Shown: positions 9,440-17,524, counted from the stretch's first letter. The stretch is 31,304 nucleotides of DNA from Candidatus Methylomirabilia bacterium (GCA_041492755.1 JBGPXN010000042.1:1-31304); one strand, 5' to 3'. Translations and numbers: made by a program. The notes: generated by a model from the letters alone, not told the origin.

Positions 9440-9946
9440 ATGCCGGGTGACGTTCCGCTCTTCGAGCGTCTCGCGCAACTGCCGGCGGTTCCGGCTTCGG
9501 CCGCGGTGGGACTCCTCGCGCGGCTGGCCAAGCCGCAGTCGGACCCCGTCATCGGCCCGCTGTTCGGCGAAAACGAGGACGGCGAGACCGTGGTCAACCC
9601 GCTGGTCCCCGCGGTGCTGAAGCAATTTCAGGACAAGGCGGACCTGACCTGTTACCAGGCGCTGGTCGAAGGGTTGACCGGCGTCTGGAACGCGGCGGTG
9701 CGGGCGGCGGTGGTGGCGAAACTCCGCGCCGCCGGGCTCCCGCCGGACGACCTGCTCCTCCGACTGCAGAGGGTCTCGCCCACGCTGGGGTTCGCCAACG
9801 AGCGCGGGGATTGGTCGCGCGAGTGGCTCGCCGATCCCTTCGCGCAGGACGCGCTCCTCGTCCAGCAGTGCATGGTACGCCTCCTGTTCGCCGTCCGCGG
9901 ACTGGCGGAGGCGCGCGCCACCGAGCTCACAACGCAGACCGGATGA
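9440..9946 (+). CDS. Hypothetical protein
   Basis: Fills the operon gap, has GGAGG SD and GC3-biased codons. No recognised motif. Confidence 0.7.
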   Translation: MPGDVPLFERLAQLPAVPASAAVGLLARLAKPQSDPVIGPLFGENEDGETVVNPLVPAVLKQFQDKADLTCYQALVEGLTGVWNAAVRAAVVAKLRAAGLPPDDLLLRLQRVSPTLGFANERGDWSREWLADPFAQDALLVQQCMVRLLFAVRGLAEARATELTTQTG

Positions 9947-9959
9947 AGAGGGACAAGCG

Positions 9960-10358
9960 ATGAGCACCACTGGCCTCGGCACGTATCGCGACATCCTCGA
10001 CAAGAAGGGCTTTGCGCACCTGGCCACCGTCGGCGCCGACGGCAGTCCTCACGTGACGCCGGTGTGGGTCGATTTCGACGGGACGCACATCCGGGTCAAC
10101 ACCGCCCGCGGTCGCGTGAAGGAGGGGAACCTCCGGCGCAACCCCCGGGTGGCGCTCTCCGTCCAGGACCCCGAGAATCCGTACCGCTACGTGCAGATCC
10201 GCGGGCGGGTGACGGAGATGACGGAGAGCGGGGCGGACGCTCACATCGACGCGCTCGCCAAGAAGTACATCGGCAAGGATCGCTACCCGAACCGGCAACC
10301 CGGTGAAGTGCGGGTGATGGTGAAGATCCAGCCGGACCGCGTGCAGGGCATGGGCTAG
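9960..10358 (+). CDS. PPOX-class (split beta-barrel) F420/FMN-binding oxidoreductase
   Basis: FAHLATVGADGSPHVTPVW, RVKEGNLRRNPRVALSV, PYRYVQIRG and IDALAKKY. Confidence 0.88.
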   Translation: MSTTGLGTYRDILDKKGFAHLATVGADGSPHVTPVWVDFDGTHIRVNTARGRVKEGNLRRNPRVALSVQDPENPYRYVQIRGRVTEMTESGADAHIDALAKKYIGKDRYPNRQPGEVRVMVKIQPDRVQGMG

Positions 10359-10386
10359 ACCGCATGCGAGGATCGACGCCGGCGCC

Positions 10387-12327
10387 TTGATCCAGCTCAG
10401 CGACGTCGCGAAGGCGTACGGCGGGCAGCCCATCTTCAACGGGCTGTCGTGGCGGCTCGTGCCGGGCGAGCGGATCGGTCTCGTTGGCCCGAACGGCGTC
10501 GGCAAGACTACGTTGTGCCGCATCGTGGTCGGGATCGAAGAGCCGGATGCCGGGACGGTCAGTCGCGCGCGCGACGCCAGCGTCGGCTACCTTGCGCAGG
10601 AAGCCGCGTCCGTCGAGGCGGGCTCGGTGCTCGCGGAAGCATTGAGCGGGTTCGAAGAGGTGTGGCGCCTCGAGCGCGAGATGGAAGAAGTCGCCGCCGC
10701 GCTCGCGGCGGTGCCGGCCGACACGAGCGCGCTCACCGACCGCTACGGCGATCTGCAGCATCGCTTCGAAGCGCTCGGCGGCTATTCCCTGGAAACGCGC
10801 GCCCGCGCGATCCTGAGCGGGCTCGGCTTCCGTTCGGAGGACCTCACGCGGTCGCTGGTCGAGTTCTCCGGCGGCTGGCGGATGCGGGCGGCGCTGGCCC
10901 GCCTGTTGTTGCTCCACCCGACGTTCCTCCTGCTCGACGAGCCGACGAACCACCTCGATCTGGCATCGTTGGAGTGGCTGGAGGAATTCCTGGCCGCGTA
11001 CGACGGGACCGTCGTCATCGTCTCCCACGACCGCTATTTCCTGAACCGGATGGTCACCTCCATCGCGGAGGTGTCGGCCGACGGGCTGACGGTCTATTCC
11101 GGCGACTACGACGATTACCTGGTCGAGCGCGAGGCCCGTCGCGCGCTCCGTGAAGCGCAGGCGCGGAACCAGGCGAAGCGGATCGCCGAGATCGAGCGGT
11201 TCATCGAACGCTTTCGCTACCAGGCCACCAAGGCCCGGCAGGTCCAGAGCCGCGTCAAGATGCTGGGGCGCATCGAACGGATCGACGTGGATGCCGACCG
11301 GCGTGGCGTGCGGTTCACCTTCCCGGAGCCGCCGCGCACCGGACGACGGGTCGCCAATCTCAAGGACATGCGCAAGAGCTATGGCGACAACGTCGTGTAC
11401 GACGGGATCGACATGACCGTGGAGCGGGGCGATCGTGTCGCGCTCGTCGGCGTGAACGGCGCCGGCAAGTCGACGCTGCTCCGGATCGTGGCCGGCGTGC
11501 TGCCCTTCGACCGCGGCGAACGGACGCTCGGGACGCACGTGACCGTGCACTACTACGCGCAGCACCAGCTCGACGCGCTCGATCCCGCGCGCACCGTGCG
11601 GGAGGAGTTGGAGGCCGCGGCACCGGAGGCGCAGCACACACGGTTGCGCACGCTGCTCGGCGCCTTCCTGTTCTCGGGCGACGCCGTGGACAAGAAGATC
11701 GCCGTGCTGTCCGGTGGCGAGAAGGCGCGGGTCGCGCTGGCCCGGATGCTGGTGCGGCCGGCGGCGCTGCTGTGCCTCGACGAGCCGACCAACCACCTCG
11801 ATCTCGCTTCCCGCGAGGTGCTCGAGGCGGCGCTGGCGCAGTTCCCCGGTACCATCGTCTTCATCTCGCACGATCGGTACTTCATCAACCGGATCGCCAC
11901 GCGCGTGTTCGAGATCGCCGGGGGCCGCATCACCGAGCACCTCGGCACGTACGACGACTACCTCGAGGCCACGCGTCGCGCCGGCGCGGCAGGGCCGGAG
12001 GTGGCGGAACCGCCGGGCCAGGAGCCGGCCGCGCCGCGACCCGCGGCCGCGCCGGTCGCGCGGGTGGTGTCGACGCCGGCGAAGCGCGCGCGCCCGAGCG
12101 CGGAAGTACGGCGAATGCAGCGACGGCTGGAGGAGCTCGAGCAGCAGATCGATGGCCTCGAAGCACGCCTGGGTGAGATCGGCGAGGCGCTGGGTGATCC
12201 GACGCTCTACACCGATGGGGAGCGCGTGCGCGCGGTGACGGCGGAGCGGAAGGCGGCCGAAGCGCGGGTGGCGGGGCTGCTCCACGAATGGGAGACGCTG
12301 TCGGCCGAGCTGGCCCAGCATGCGTGA
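10387..12327 (+). CDS. ABC-F family ATPase (YheS/Uup-like ribosome-associated factor)
   Basis: Two NBDs (GPNGVGKT, FSGGW, LLDEPTNHLD; GVNGAGKS, LSGGEK, LDEPTNHLD), a linker and a C-terminal coiled coil. No TM segments. Confidence 0.95.
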   Translation: MIQLSDVAKAYGGQPIFNGLSWRLVPGERIGLVGPNGVGKTTLCRIVVGIEEPDAGTVSRARDASVGYLAQEAASVEAGSVLAEALSGFEEVWRLEREMEEVAAALAAVPADTSALTDRYGDLQHRFEALGGYSLETRARAILSGLGFRSEDLTRSLVEFSGGWRMRAALARLLLLHPTFLLLDEPTNHLDLASLEWLEEFLAAYDGTVVIVSHDRYFLNRMVTSIAEVSADGLTVYSGDYDDYLVEREARRALREAQARNQAKRIAEIERFIERFRYQATKARQVQSRVKMLGRIERIDVDADRRGVRFTFPEPPRTGRRVANLKDMRKSYGDNVVYDGIDMTVERGDRVALVGVNGAGKSTLLRIVAGVLPFDRGERTLGTHVTVHYYAQHQLDALDPARTVREELEAAAPEAQHTRLRTLLGAFLFSGDAVDKKIAVLSGGEKARVALARMLVRPAALLCLDEPTNHLDLASREVLEAALAQFPGTIVFISHDRYFINRIATRVFEIAGGRITEHLGTYDDYLEATRRAGAAGPEVAEPPGQEPAAPRPAAAPVARVVSTPAKRARPSAEVRRMQRRLEELEQQIDGLEARLGEIGEALGDPTLYTDGERVRAVTAERKAAEARVAGLLHEWETLSAELAQHA

Positions 12328-12625
12328 GTTCTACGCGCCGATCGATCCCGACGAGCTGCGTCGCGCTCGCGAGAAGGGGCGTGAGCTGCGGGCCTCGGCG
12401 TGGTGGAAACGTCGGACCTCCACCGGCGTCTGCCACTATTGCCGCCGCCAGGTCGGGGCGCGCCACCTGACCATGGATCACGTCGTGGCGCTCGGCCGCG
12501 GCGGTCGCAGCGTGCGCGGGAACGTCGTGCCCGCGTGCAAGGACTGCAACACTCGCAAGCACTCGCTTCTGCCCATCGAGTGGGAGGAGTATCTCGCGCG
12601 GTTCTCTGACCCGCGGGAGGAGTGA
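12320..12625 (+). CDS. Small HNH endonuclease family protein
   Basis: CHYC...LTMDHVVALGRGGRSVRGNVVPACKDCN. Overlaps the ABC-F stop. Confidence 0.9.
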   Translation: MREFYAPIDPDELRRAREKGRELRASAWWKRRTSTGVCHYCRRQVGARHLTMDHVVALGRGGRSVRGNVVPACKDCNTRKHSLLPIEWEEYLARFSDPREE

Positions 12626-12696
12626 TTTCGGTCGATCGCGCGCTGAAACGGCGGCCTCGGGGCAGGGTGCGGCGCTAACTGTTCGCTCCGCGCCGT

Positions 12697-12736
12697 GGCC
12701 GGGCCGCCGGGATCGCGGGCCGGCCGAATCTCTTTT
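12697..12736 (+). terminator. Possible terminator of the alkA...HNH run
   Basis: GGCCGG-G-CCGC / GCGG-G-CCGGCC stem followed by GAATCTCTTTT. Confidence 0.4.
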
Positions 12737-12742
12737 GAGTAC

Positions 12743-12774
12743 ATGGGGGGCCCCGACATGGCCCCCCATACCCC
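12743..12774 (+). repeat. Left half of REP-like repeat interrupted by IS110
   Basis: ATGGGGGGCCCCGACATGGCCCCCCATACCCC matches the first hairpin of the 6641 and 26804 copies. Confidence 0.85.
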
Positions 12775-12788
12775 TATATGATCCTCGC

Positions 12789-12950
12789 GTAGTCTCAGTG
12801 TCACCGAGCTCGCGGGGACGAGGACCATCCCATACCCATCCTGCTCTGAGGATCCGATGGGGACTGTCCCACCTCGTGAGTGAACGGCGAAAGGTTCCAT
12901 AGGAGGTTGCCCCGGTGAGGGCCGATATAGGGGGAGCCGGCCGTTCCCGC
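12789..12950 (+). ncRNA. IS110 bridge RNA (target-binding and donor-binding loops); ends approximate
   Basis: Two stem/internal-loop/hairpin domains. Loop strands CCCATACCC and CGATGGGG match the target flanks. CCATAGGAGGT and ATATAGGGG match the element ends. Confidence 0.85.
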
Positions 12951-13002
12951 TCGCTGACGCGCGCCGTGCACGTCGCTGGGAGTCTGGGGGGGGGGGGGGG
13001 CG

Positions 13003-14223
13003 ATGCGCGACAAACTTGGTGTGGATTGGGCGGATGCCGAACACGCCGTGTGGGTGGAGGACGAGGCGGGGACGAAGGTGATGAGCCGCACGGTGCCGCA
13101 GACGGTCGAGGGCCTGGCGGAGTTTGGCCGGTGGCTCGACGAACGGCGCGCGGCCGGGCGCGAGCTGTGGGCGGCGATCGAGAAGCCGGAGGGCCGGATC
13201 GTCGATTTCCTGCTGGATCACGGGGTCCTGGTGTTTGCCATCAACCCGAAAGCCGTCGACCGCGCCCGCGATCGCTTCCGGATGAGTGGGGCGAAGAGCG
13301 ACCCCTTCGATGCCCGGGTCCAGGCCACCTTCCTGCGCACCGACCACGGGCATCTGTCGCCGCTGCGGCCGAGCTCCGAGGCCGCCCAGGAACTGAAGGG
13401 ACTGACCCGCGACTACACCCGGCAGGTGCGGCAGCAGACGCGCCTGCTCAACCAGCTCACGGCCGCGCTCAAGGCGTACTACCCGCGCGCGCTCGAGGTC
13501 GTGGACGACCTCAAGAGCCGATGGGGCCGGGACTTCCTGCGGGACTATCCCACGCCGACCGCGCTGGCGGCGCTGACCGAGCGACCGTGGCAGCGGTGGG
13601 CCCGCGACCATCGGCTCCGCGCCGCGCGCGCCACGGAGCTGTGGGCGATCGTCGAGCGCCCGCAGTTGGCGGTGCCGGCGCATGTCGTGCGGGTCCACGC
13701 CCGGCTCGTGGGCGCGCGGCTCGAGCCACTGAATGTCACCGTGGCGGCGGTCGACGCGTATCGGGAAGCGATCGCCGATTTTTTCGGGCGCATGCCGGCG
13801 GCTGAGTGGGCGGCGTCCCTGCCGGGCGGGCGGAGCGGGACGACCGTGCCCCGGCTGTACGCCGAACTCGGGGACGCCGCCGGGCGCTGGCAGACGTTCC
13901 GGCATCTCCAGGGCCACGCCGGTGCCGTGCCCGTCACCGCCCGCAGTGGCAAGCAGGTCATCGTGATGTTCCGGTTCGCCTGCAATACGCATCTGCGCGA
14001 CGCGGTGCACCAGTTCGCGCTGCAGTCGCTTCAACACAGCGAGTGGGCCCGGGCGTACTACGACCGGTGCCGACGCCGCGGCCACCGGCATCACCATGCC
14101 CTCCGCGCCCTCGCCGCGAAATGGCTCAAAATCATCTTCGTGCTCTGGAGCCGCCAGGTCGCCTATGACGAAACCCACCATCTGGCGACCATGGCGCGGC
14201 AGCATCTGCGACAGACGGCATGA
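13003..14223 (+). CDS. IS110-family transposase / bridge recombinase
   Basis: RuvC-like DEDD: GVDW, AIEKP, AKSDPFDARV. C-terminal Tnp domain with PVTARSGK (catalytic Ser) and HHALRALAAKWLKII. ORF uninterrupted, 406 aa. Confidence 0.96.
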   Translation: MRDKLGVDWADAEHAVWVEDEAGTKVMSRTVPQTVEGLAEFGRWLDERRAAGRELWAAIEKPEGRIVDFLLDHGVLVFAINPKAVDRARDRFRMSGAKSDPFDARVQATFLRTDHGHLSPLRPSSEAAQELKGLTRDYTRQVRQQTRLLNQLTAALKAYYPRALEVVDDLKSRWGRDFLRDYPTPTALAALTERPWQRWARDHRLRAARATELWAIVERPQLAVPAHVVRVHARLVGARLEPLNVTVAAVDAYREAIADFFGRMPAAEWAASLPGGRSGTTVPRLYAELGDAAGRWQTFRHLQGHAGAVPVTARSGKQVIVMFRFACNTHLRDAVHQFALQSLQHSEWARAYYDRCRRRGHRHHHALRALAAKWLKIIFVLWSRQVAYDETHHLATMARQHLRQTA

Positions 14224-14260
14224 GAGACCCCGAAAAATGCTTGACGAGCCCATAGGAGGT

Positions 14261-14352
14261 CCCCATCGCTCGGACGCGCCCCGGGTTTCCCGGGGCGCGC
14301 CTCGACATCCCCACCGCTCGGGGCGCCCCGGCGGAGCCGGGGCTCTCCTCGA
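14261..14352 (+). repeat. Right half of the interrupted REP-like repeat plus a second hairpin unit
   Basis: CCCCATCGCTCGGACGCGCCCCGGGTTTCCCGGGGCGCGCCTCGACATC then CCCACCGCTCGGGGCGCCCCGGCGGAGCCGGGGCTCTCCTCGA. Confidence 0.85.
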
Positions 14353-14608
14353 ATTCCCTCACACCCTCTGAGCGTTCGTTCCTGCGCTTCGATGGCTGCC
14401 ATCACCGATCTGTTCCGCCGCTCCCATCTCTCGATCGTGCGATCCGTTCGCCACTGTCGTCACCCAGCGACACTGTGGTGTCTGCGAAAGCCGACGGGGC
14501 AGCGTATCGAACGTTGCACGTTGACGCGTGCCGCCATCGCCGCTGCAATGGCCTCGCGCGCAGTCACGCGCGAGGCGGTTCACTTCTGAACGGAGGAGGA
14601 GGAGCGCG

Positions 14609-14956
14609 ATGGTGCAGGGAATCGTGAGAATCGTTTGGGTGGTGGCGGTGGTGGGGAGCATCGCATGGGCGGAGGCGGCGCCACCGGCGCCGAAGCCGGC
14701 GTCGGCCCACGAGCCGGCGCCGGCCCGCCCGCACGAGATGAAGGCGACGGTGGCGGTGGACGGCAAAGTGAACATCAACACGGCGTCGGTGAAGGAGCTC
14801 ATGAAGCTCGAGGGTGTGAACCGCAAGCTCGCCGAGAAGATCGTCGAGTACCGCGATGCTCACGGGCACTTCAAGAAGGCAACGGACATCCGCAAGGTGG
14901 AGGGCTTCGGCGGCGGTCTGTGGGACAAGAACCGCGAGCGCGTCGCCGTGGAGTAG
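14609..14956 (+). CDS. ComEA-like helix-hairpin-helix DNA-binding protein with signal peptide
   Basis: Strong SD. Hydrophobic N-terminus ending AWA. KVNINTASVKELMKLEGVNRKLAEKIVEYRDAHGHFK. Confidence 0.88.
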   Translation: MVQGIVRIVWVVAVVGSIAWAEAAPPAPKPASAHEPAPARPHEMKATVAVDGKVNINTASVKELMKLEGVNRKLAEKIVEYRDAHGHFKKATDIRKVEGFGGGLWDKNRERVAVE

Positions 14957-15151
14957 CCCGCCGAAGACAGCAGGTCACGATCACACTTTTTTTGGGGACG
15001 GCGCCAGGGCTGCGGTAGGATTGGTGCAAATCGGTCGGAGCGTCACAGCGCTTCTTCAGCGTCCCCGCCGACAATTCCGCCGGCGGCTGACGTGACCGAG
15101 CCTCGGGCCGGGAGTCGGCATCCGGTTCTGGGTCAGTGGGACTGGGCCCGC

Positions 15152-15363
15152 GTGGTGCCCTTGCCGAGAATAGGAGGTGATCCAGCCGATGTGTAGACCT
15201 ACGGTGATCTGTGAGGTGGTTGCCTCCTAGGCAAGCTCCACGCTAGCTCGGGTGGACGGCCTGGGAGACCAGGCACCACCGACCCCGACGATCCCGTCTC
15301 ACCAGCGGGGCGGCGCCAGCAAACGAATCGAGGCGTCGTTAAAGATCGTCGGGGTTCTTTTTT
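15152..15363 (+). ncRNA. Unassigned structured RNA / sORF transcript with a 17-nt anti-16S segment
   Basis: AGGAGGTGATCCAGCCG (15172-15188), enclosing helices GTGGTGCC/GGCACCAC and CTTGCC/GGCAAG, and a terminal 13-bp stem plus T-tract. Confidence 0.55.
15189..15230 (+). CDS. 13-aa small ORF MCRPTVICEVVAS
   Basis: ATG directly follows a very long SD. The stop lies within hairpin TTGCC-TCCTA-GGCAA. Confidence 0.45.
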   Translation: MCRPTVICEVVAS

Positions 15364-15377
15364 CTGCAGAGACACGA

Positions 15378-15406
15378 CGGCCCGCCGGGGATTCCCCGGC
15401 GGGCCG
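15378..15406 (-). terminator. Hairpin downstream of csp gene (probable terminator)
   Basis: Perfect 13-bp stem CGGCCCGCCGGGG-ATT-CCCCGGCGGGCCG. Confidence 0.65.
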
Positions 15407-15443
15407 CGCGAAGTGGTCCGCGACTAAATGATCTGGGCGGACG

Positions 15444-15644
15444 TTAGACCTTTCGAACGTTGGAAGCCTGGAGGCCCTTCGGCCCCTTGGTGACTTCGAA
15501 TTCCACCTTGTCGCCTTCGCTCAGGCTCTTGAAGCCCTGGGCCGAGATGGCGCTGTAGTGGACGAAGACGTCTTCGCCGCCCTCGACCTGGATGAAGCCA
15601 TAACCCTTCGCGTCGTTGAACCACTTCACAGTGCCGTTTGCCAT
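15444..15644 (-). CDS. Cold-shock protein (CspA family)
   Basis: [18 protein letters not shown] (RNP1), DVFVHYSAI (RNP2). 66 aa. Confidence 0.98.
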   Translation of the reverse strand: MANGTVKWFNDAKGYGFIQVEGGEDVFVHYSAISAQGFKSLSEGDKVEFEVTKGPKGLQASNVRKV

Positions 15645-15890
15645 ACTCCCCTTCCTCTTGTTCGTCGCCGTGTCCGTACCCGGCGTTCGGCGGGCTCCCC
15701 CGCGTGCTGGTTACCTGGAGCGCTCGCCCCGCTCCGGTGCTCCCGGCCCCGATGGCCGGGCCCTCCGATGCCCGTTCGGGCAAAAAAAACACCGCGGGAC
15801 CCGGTGGTCCTCGCGGTGTCGTCCCTCAGACCCGAGCGACGCCTACATCACGTGCAACGCCGGTCCAACCAACCATCACAAACCGCGGAG

Positions 15891-15920
15891 ACTTTACAAC
15901 GATGAAAAAATTGCTGTCAA
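15891..15920 (-). promoter_or_regulatory. Sigma70 promoter of the downstream csp gene
   Basis: TTGACA, 18 nt, TAAAGT on the minus strand. The -35 overlaps the helicase stop codon. Confidence 0.7.
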
Positions 15921-17053
15921 GCGGGATTCTTGAGCTGCGTCCCCCGCGGCACCCGCTCACCGAGATGGCGCTCGATCGCGCGGAGCTGGTCCGCTTCTTC
16001 AGGCGCCGCGAAGCTCGAGGCGAGCCCACTGGCCTCCGCCCGGGCCGTGCGCCCGATGCGATGCACGTAGTCCTCCGGTGTCTGCGGCAGGTCGAAGTTG
16101 ACGACGTGGCTGATGCCGACGACGTCGATGCCGCGCGCCGCGATGTCGGTCGCCACCAGCACCCGGTATCGCCCGGCGCGGAAGCCCTCGAGGGCGTCAC
16201 GGCGCTGGGCCATGCTGCGGTCCGCGTGCAGGCGGGCCGAGCGGTGGCCGGCGGCCGCGACGGCGCGGGCGAGGCGCTCGGCGCGGTGCCGCGTGCGAGT
16301 GAAGACGAGCGTCGGCCCCGCCTCCGCGCGTAGCAGAGCGAGGAGCAGCCGCGTCTTGTCCTCGCTGCGCGACGTGTAGACCACTTGCCGTACCCGCTCG
16401 ACCGGGCGCGCGAACACGCCGACTTCGATCCGGAGCGGCCGGACCAGATGCTGGCGCACCAGCCGCTCGACCTCGGTCGGCATCGTGGCCGAAAAGCACA
16501 GCGTTTGGCGATCGAGCGGCACCACGGCGAGGATCCGCTCGACCTGGGGCGCGAAGCCCATGTCGAGCATGCGGTCGGCTTCGTCCAGCACGACGACTCT
16601 GAGACTCCCGAGGCTCACGGAGCGACGCTCGAGATGATCGTTGAGGCGGCCGGGCGTGGCGACGAGCACGTCGGGCCGGGCGGCCAACGCGCTGACTTGC
16701 GGGCCGAGCGGCTCGCCGCCGATGAGGGTGACGGCGCGGATGCCCTGCGCGCCGCCGAGCGCGGCGAACGTGGCCGCCGTCTGCACGGCGAGCTCGCGGG
16801 TCGGGGCGAGGACCAGCACGCGCGGACTGCCGGGCCGGGGCTTCGCACCGCCGGCGGTGAGGCGCTCGATTACCGGAATGGCGAAGGCGGCGGTCTTGCC
16901 GGTGCCGGTCTGCGCGCAGCCGATGACGTCGCGACCGTCGAGGATCGGCGGGATGGCGCGAGCCTGGATCGGCGTCGGCGTGGTGTAACCGGCGGCGGCA
17001 ATCGCGGCCTGCATAGAGGGGGAGAGGAGAAGATCGGTGAATGCACGAACCAT
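15917..17053 (-). CDS. DEAD-box RNA helicase (RhlE-like)
   Basis: Q motif PTPIQ, AQTGTGKT, PTRELA, TPGRL, DEAD, SAT, ARGID and HRIGRTAR. Start may be up to 17077. Confidence 0.95.
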   Translation of the reverse strand: MVRAFTDLLLSPSMQAAIAAAGYTTPTPIQARAIPPILDGRDVIGCAQTGTGKTAAFAIPVIERLTAGGAKPRPGSPRVLVLAPTRELAVQTAATFAALGGAQGIRAVTLIGGEPLGPQVSALAARPDVLVATPGRLNDHLERRSVSLGSLRVVVLDEADRMLDMGFAPQVERILAVVPLDRQTLCFSATMPTEVERLVRQHLVRPLRIEVGVFARPVERVRQVVYTSRSEDKTRLLLALLRAEAGPTLVFTRTRHRAERLARAVAAAGHRSARLHADRSMAQRRDALEGFRAGRYRVLVATDIAARGIDVVGISHVVNFDLPQTPEDYVHRIGRTARAEASGLASSFAAPEEADQLRAIERHLGERVPRGTQLKNPA

Positions 17054-17087
17054 GATCGAAAACCTTTCTGGGTTCAAAAAACGGAGA

Positions 17088-17120
17088 TCACCCGGGCCCG
17101 GGGCGCGGGCCCGGGTGGGA
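17088..17120 (-). terminator. Hairpin between csp and helicase (terminator or processing site)
   Basis: CACCCGGGCCCG / CGGGCCCGGGTG stem, followed on the minus strand by TCTCCGTTTTTG. Confidence 0.5.
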
Positions 17121-17146
17121 GCGATCAGGGGGGGACTCTTCGTCTC

Positions 17147-17347
17147 TTAGACCTTCCGGACGTTGGAGGCTTGCAGACCCTTGGGGCCGCGCGTCACTTC
17201 AAACTCGACTTTGTCACCCTCGGCCAGGCTGCGGAACCCCTGGCCGCTGATGGCGGAGTAGTGGACGAACACGTCCTCTCCGCCGTCCTGGGTGATGAAC
17301 CCGTACCCTTTTGCATCGTTGAACCACTTCACTTGTCCATTGGCCAT
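17147..17347 (-). CDS. Cold-shock protein (CspA family), paralog
   Basis: 58/66 aa identical to the 15444 copy. RNP1 and RNP2 intact. Confidence 0.98.
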   Translation of the reverse strand: MANGQVKWFNDAKGYGFITQDGGEDVFVHYSAISGQGFRSLAEGDKVEFEVTRGPKGLQASNVRKV

Positions 17348-17524
17348 ACCGACTTACCTCGCTTCGGGCTTATCCGCCCCTGAGTGCTCCCGCCGTGGTG
17401 GCGGGGTTGCCCTCCTCGATCGGAGGACAAACAAAAACGCCGCGCGAACTGGATCTTCGCGCGGCGTTTGTCTCGGTCTTCAATACTGTGCTGAGACGAC
17501 CCGGTCTGAACCAGAACCTGCATG

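Larger units (their letters stand above)
12775..14260 (+). mobile_element. IS110-family insertion sequence (about 1.49 kb) with a long non-coding left end
   Basis: Boundaries defined by the split repeat, with CCCC at both junctions. No terminal inverted repeats. DEDD transposase. -35 at the right end and -10 at the left end. Confidence 0.92.

Noticed and set aside
12320..12625. HNH gene as part of the IS or as an IscB/Cas-like nuclease
   Set aside because: It is only 101 aa, is coupled to ABC-F, lies outside the element boundaries and has no RuvC.
12771..14264. CCCC as a classical target-site duplication
   Set aside because: IS110 elements recombine through a shared core, and the C-run is native to the repeat linker.
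14392..14589. 65-aa ORF upstream of the ComEA-like gene
   Set aside because: No SD, atypical codon use and no motif. Probably a promoter region.
15150..15363. tmRNA, or a 16S rRNA fragment
   Set aside because: No tRNA-like acceptor or T arm, and the ORF has its own ATG. Continuous 16S complementarity stops at the ATG and no other rRNA sequence flanks it.
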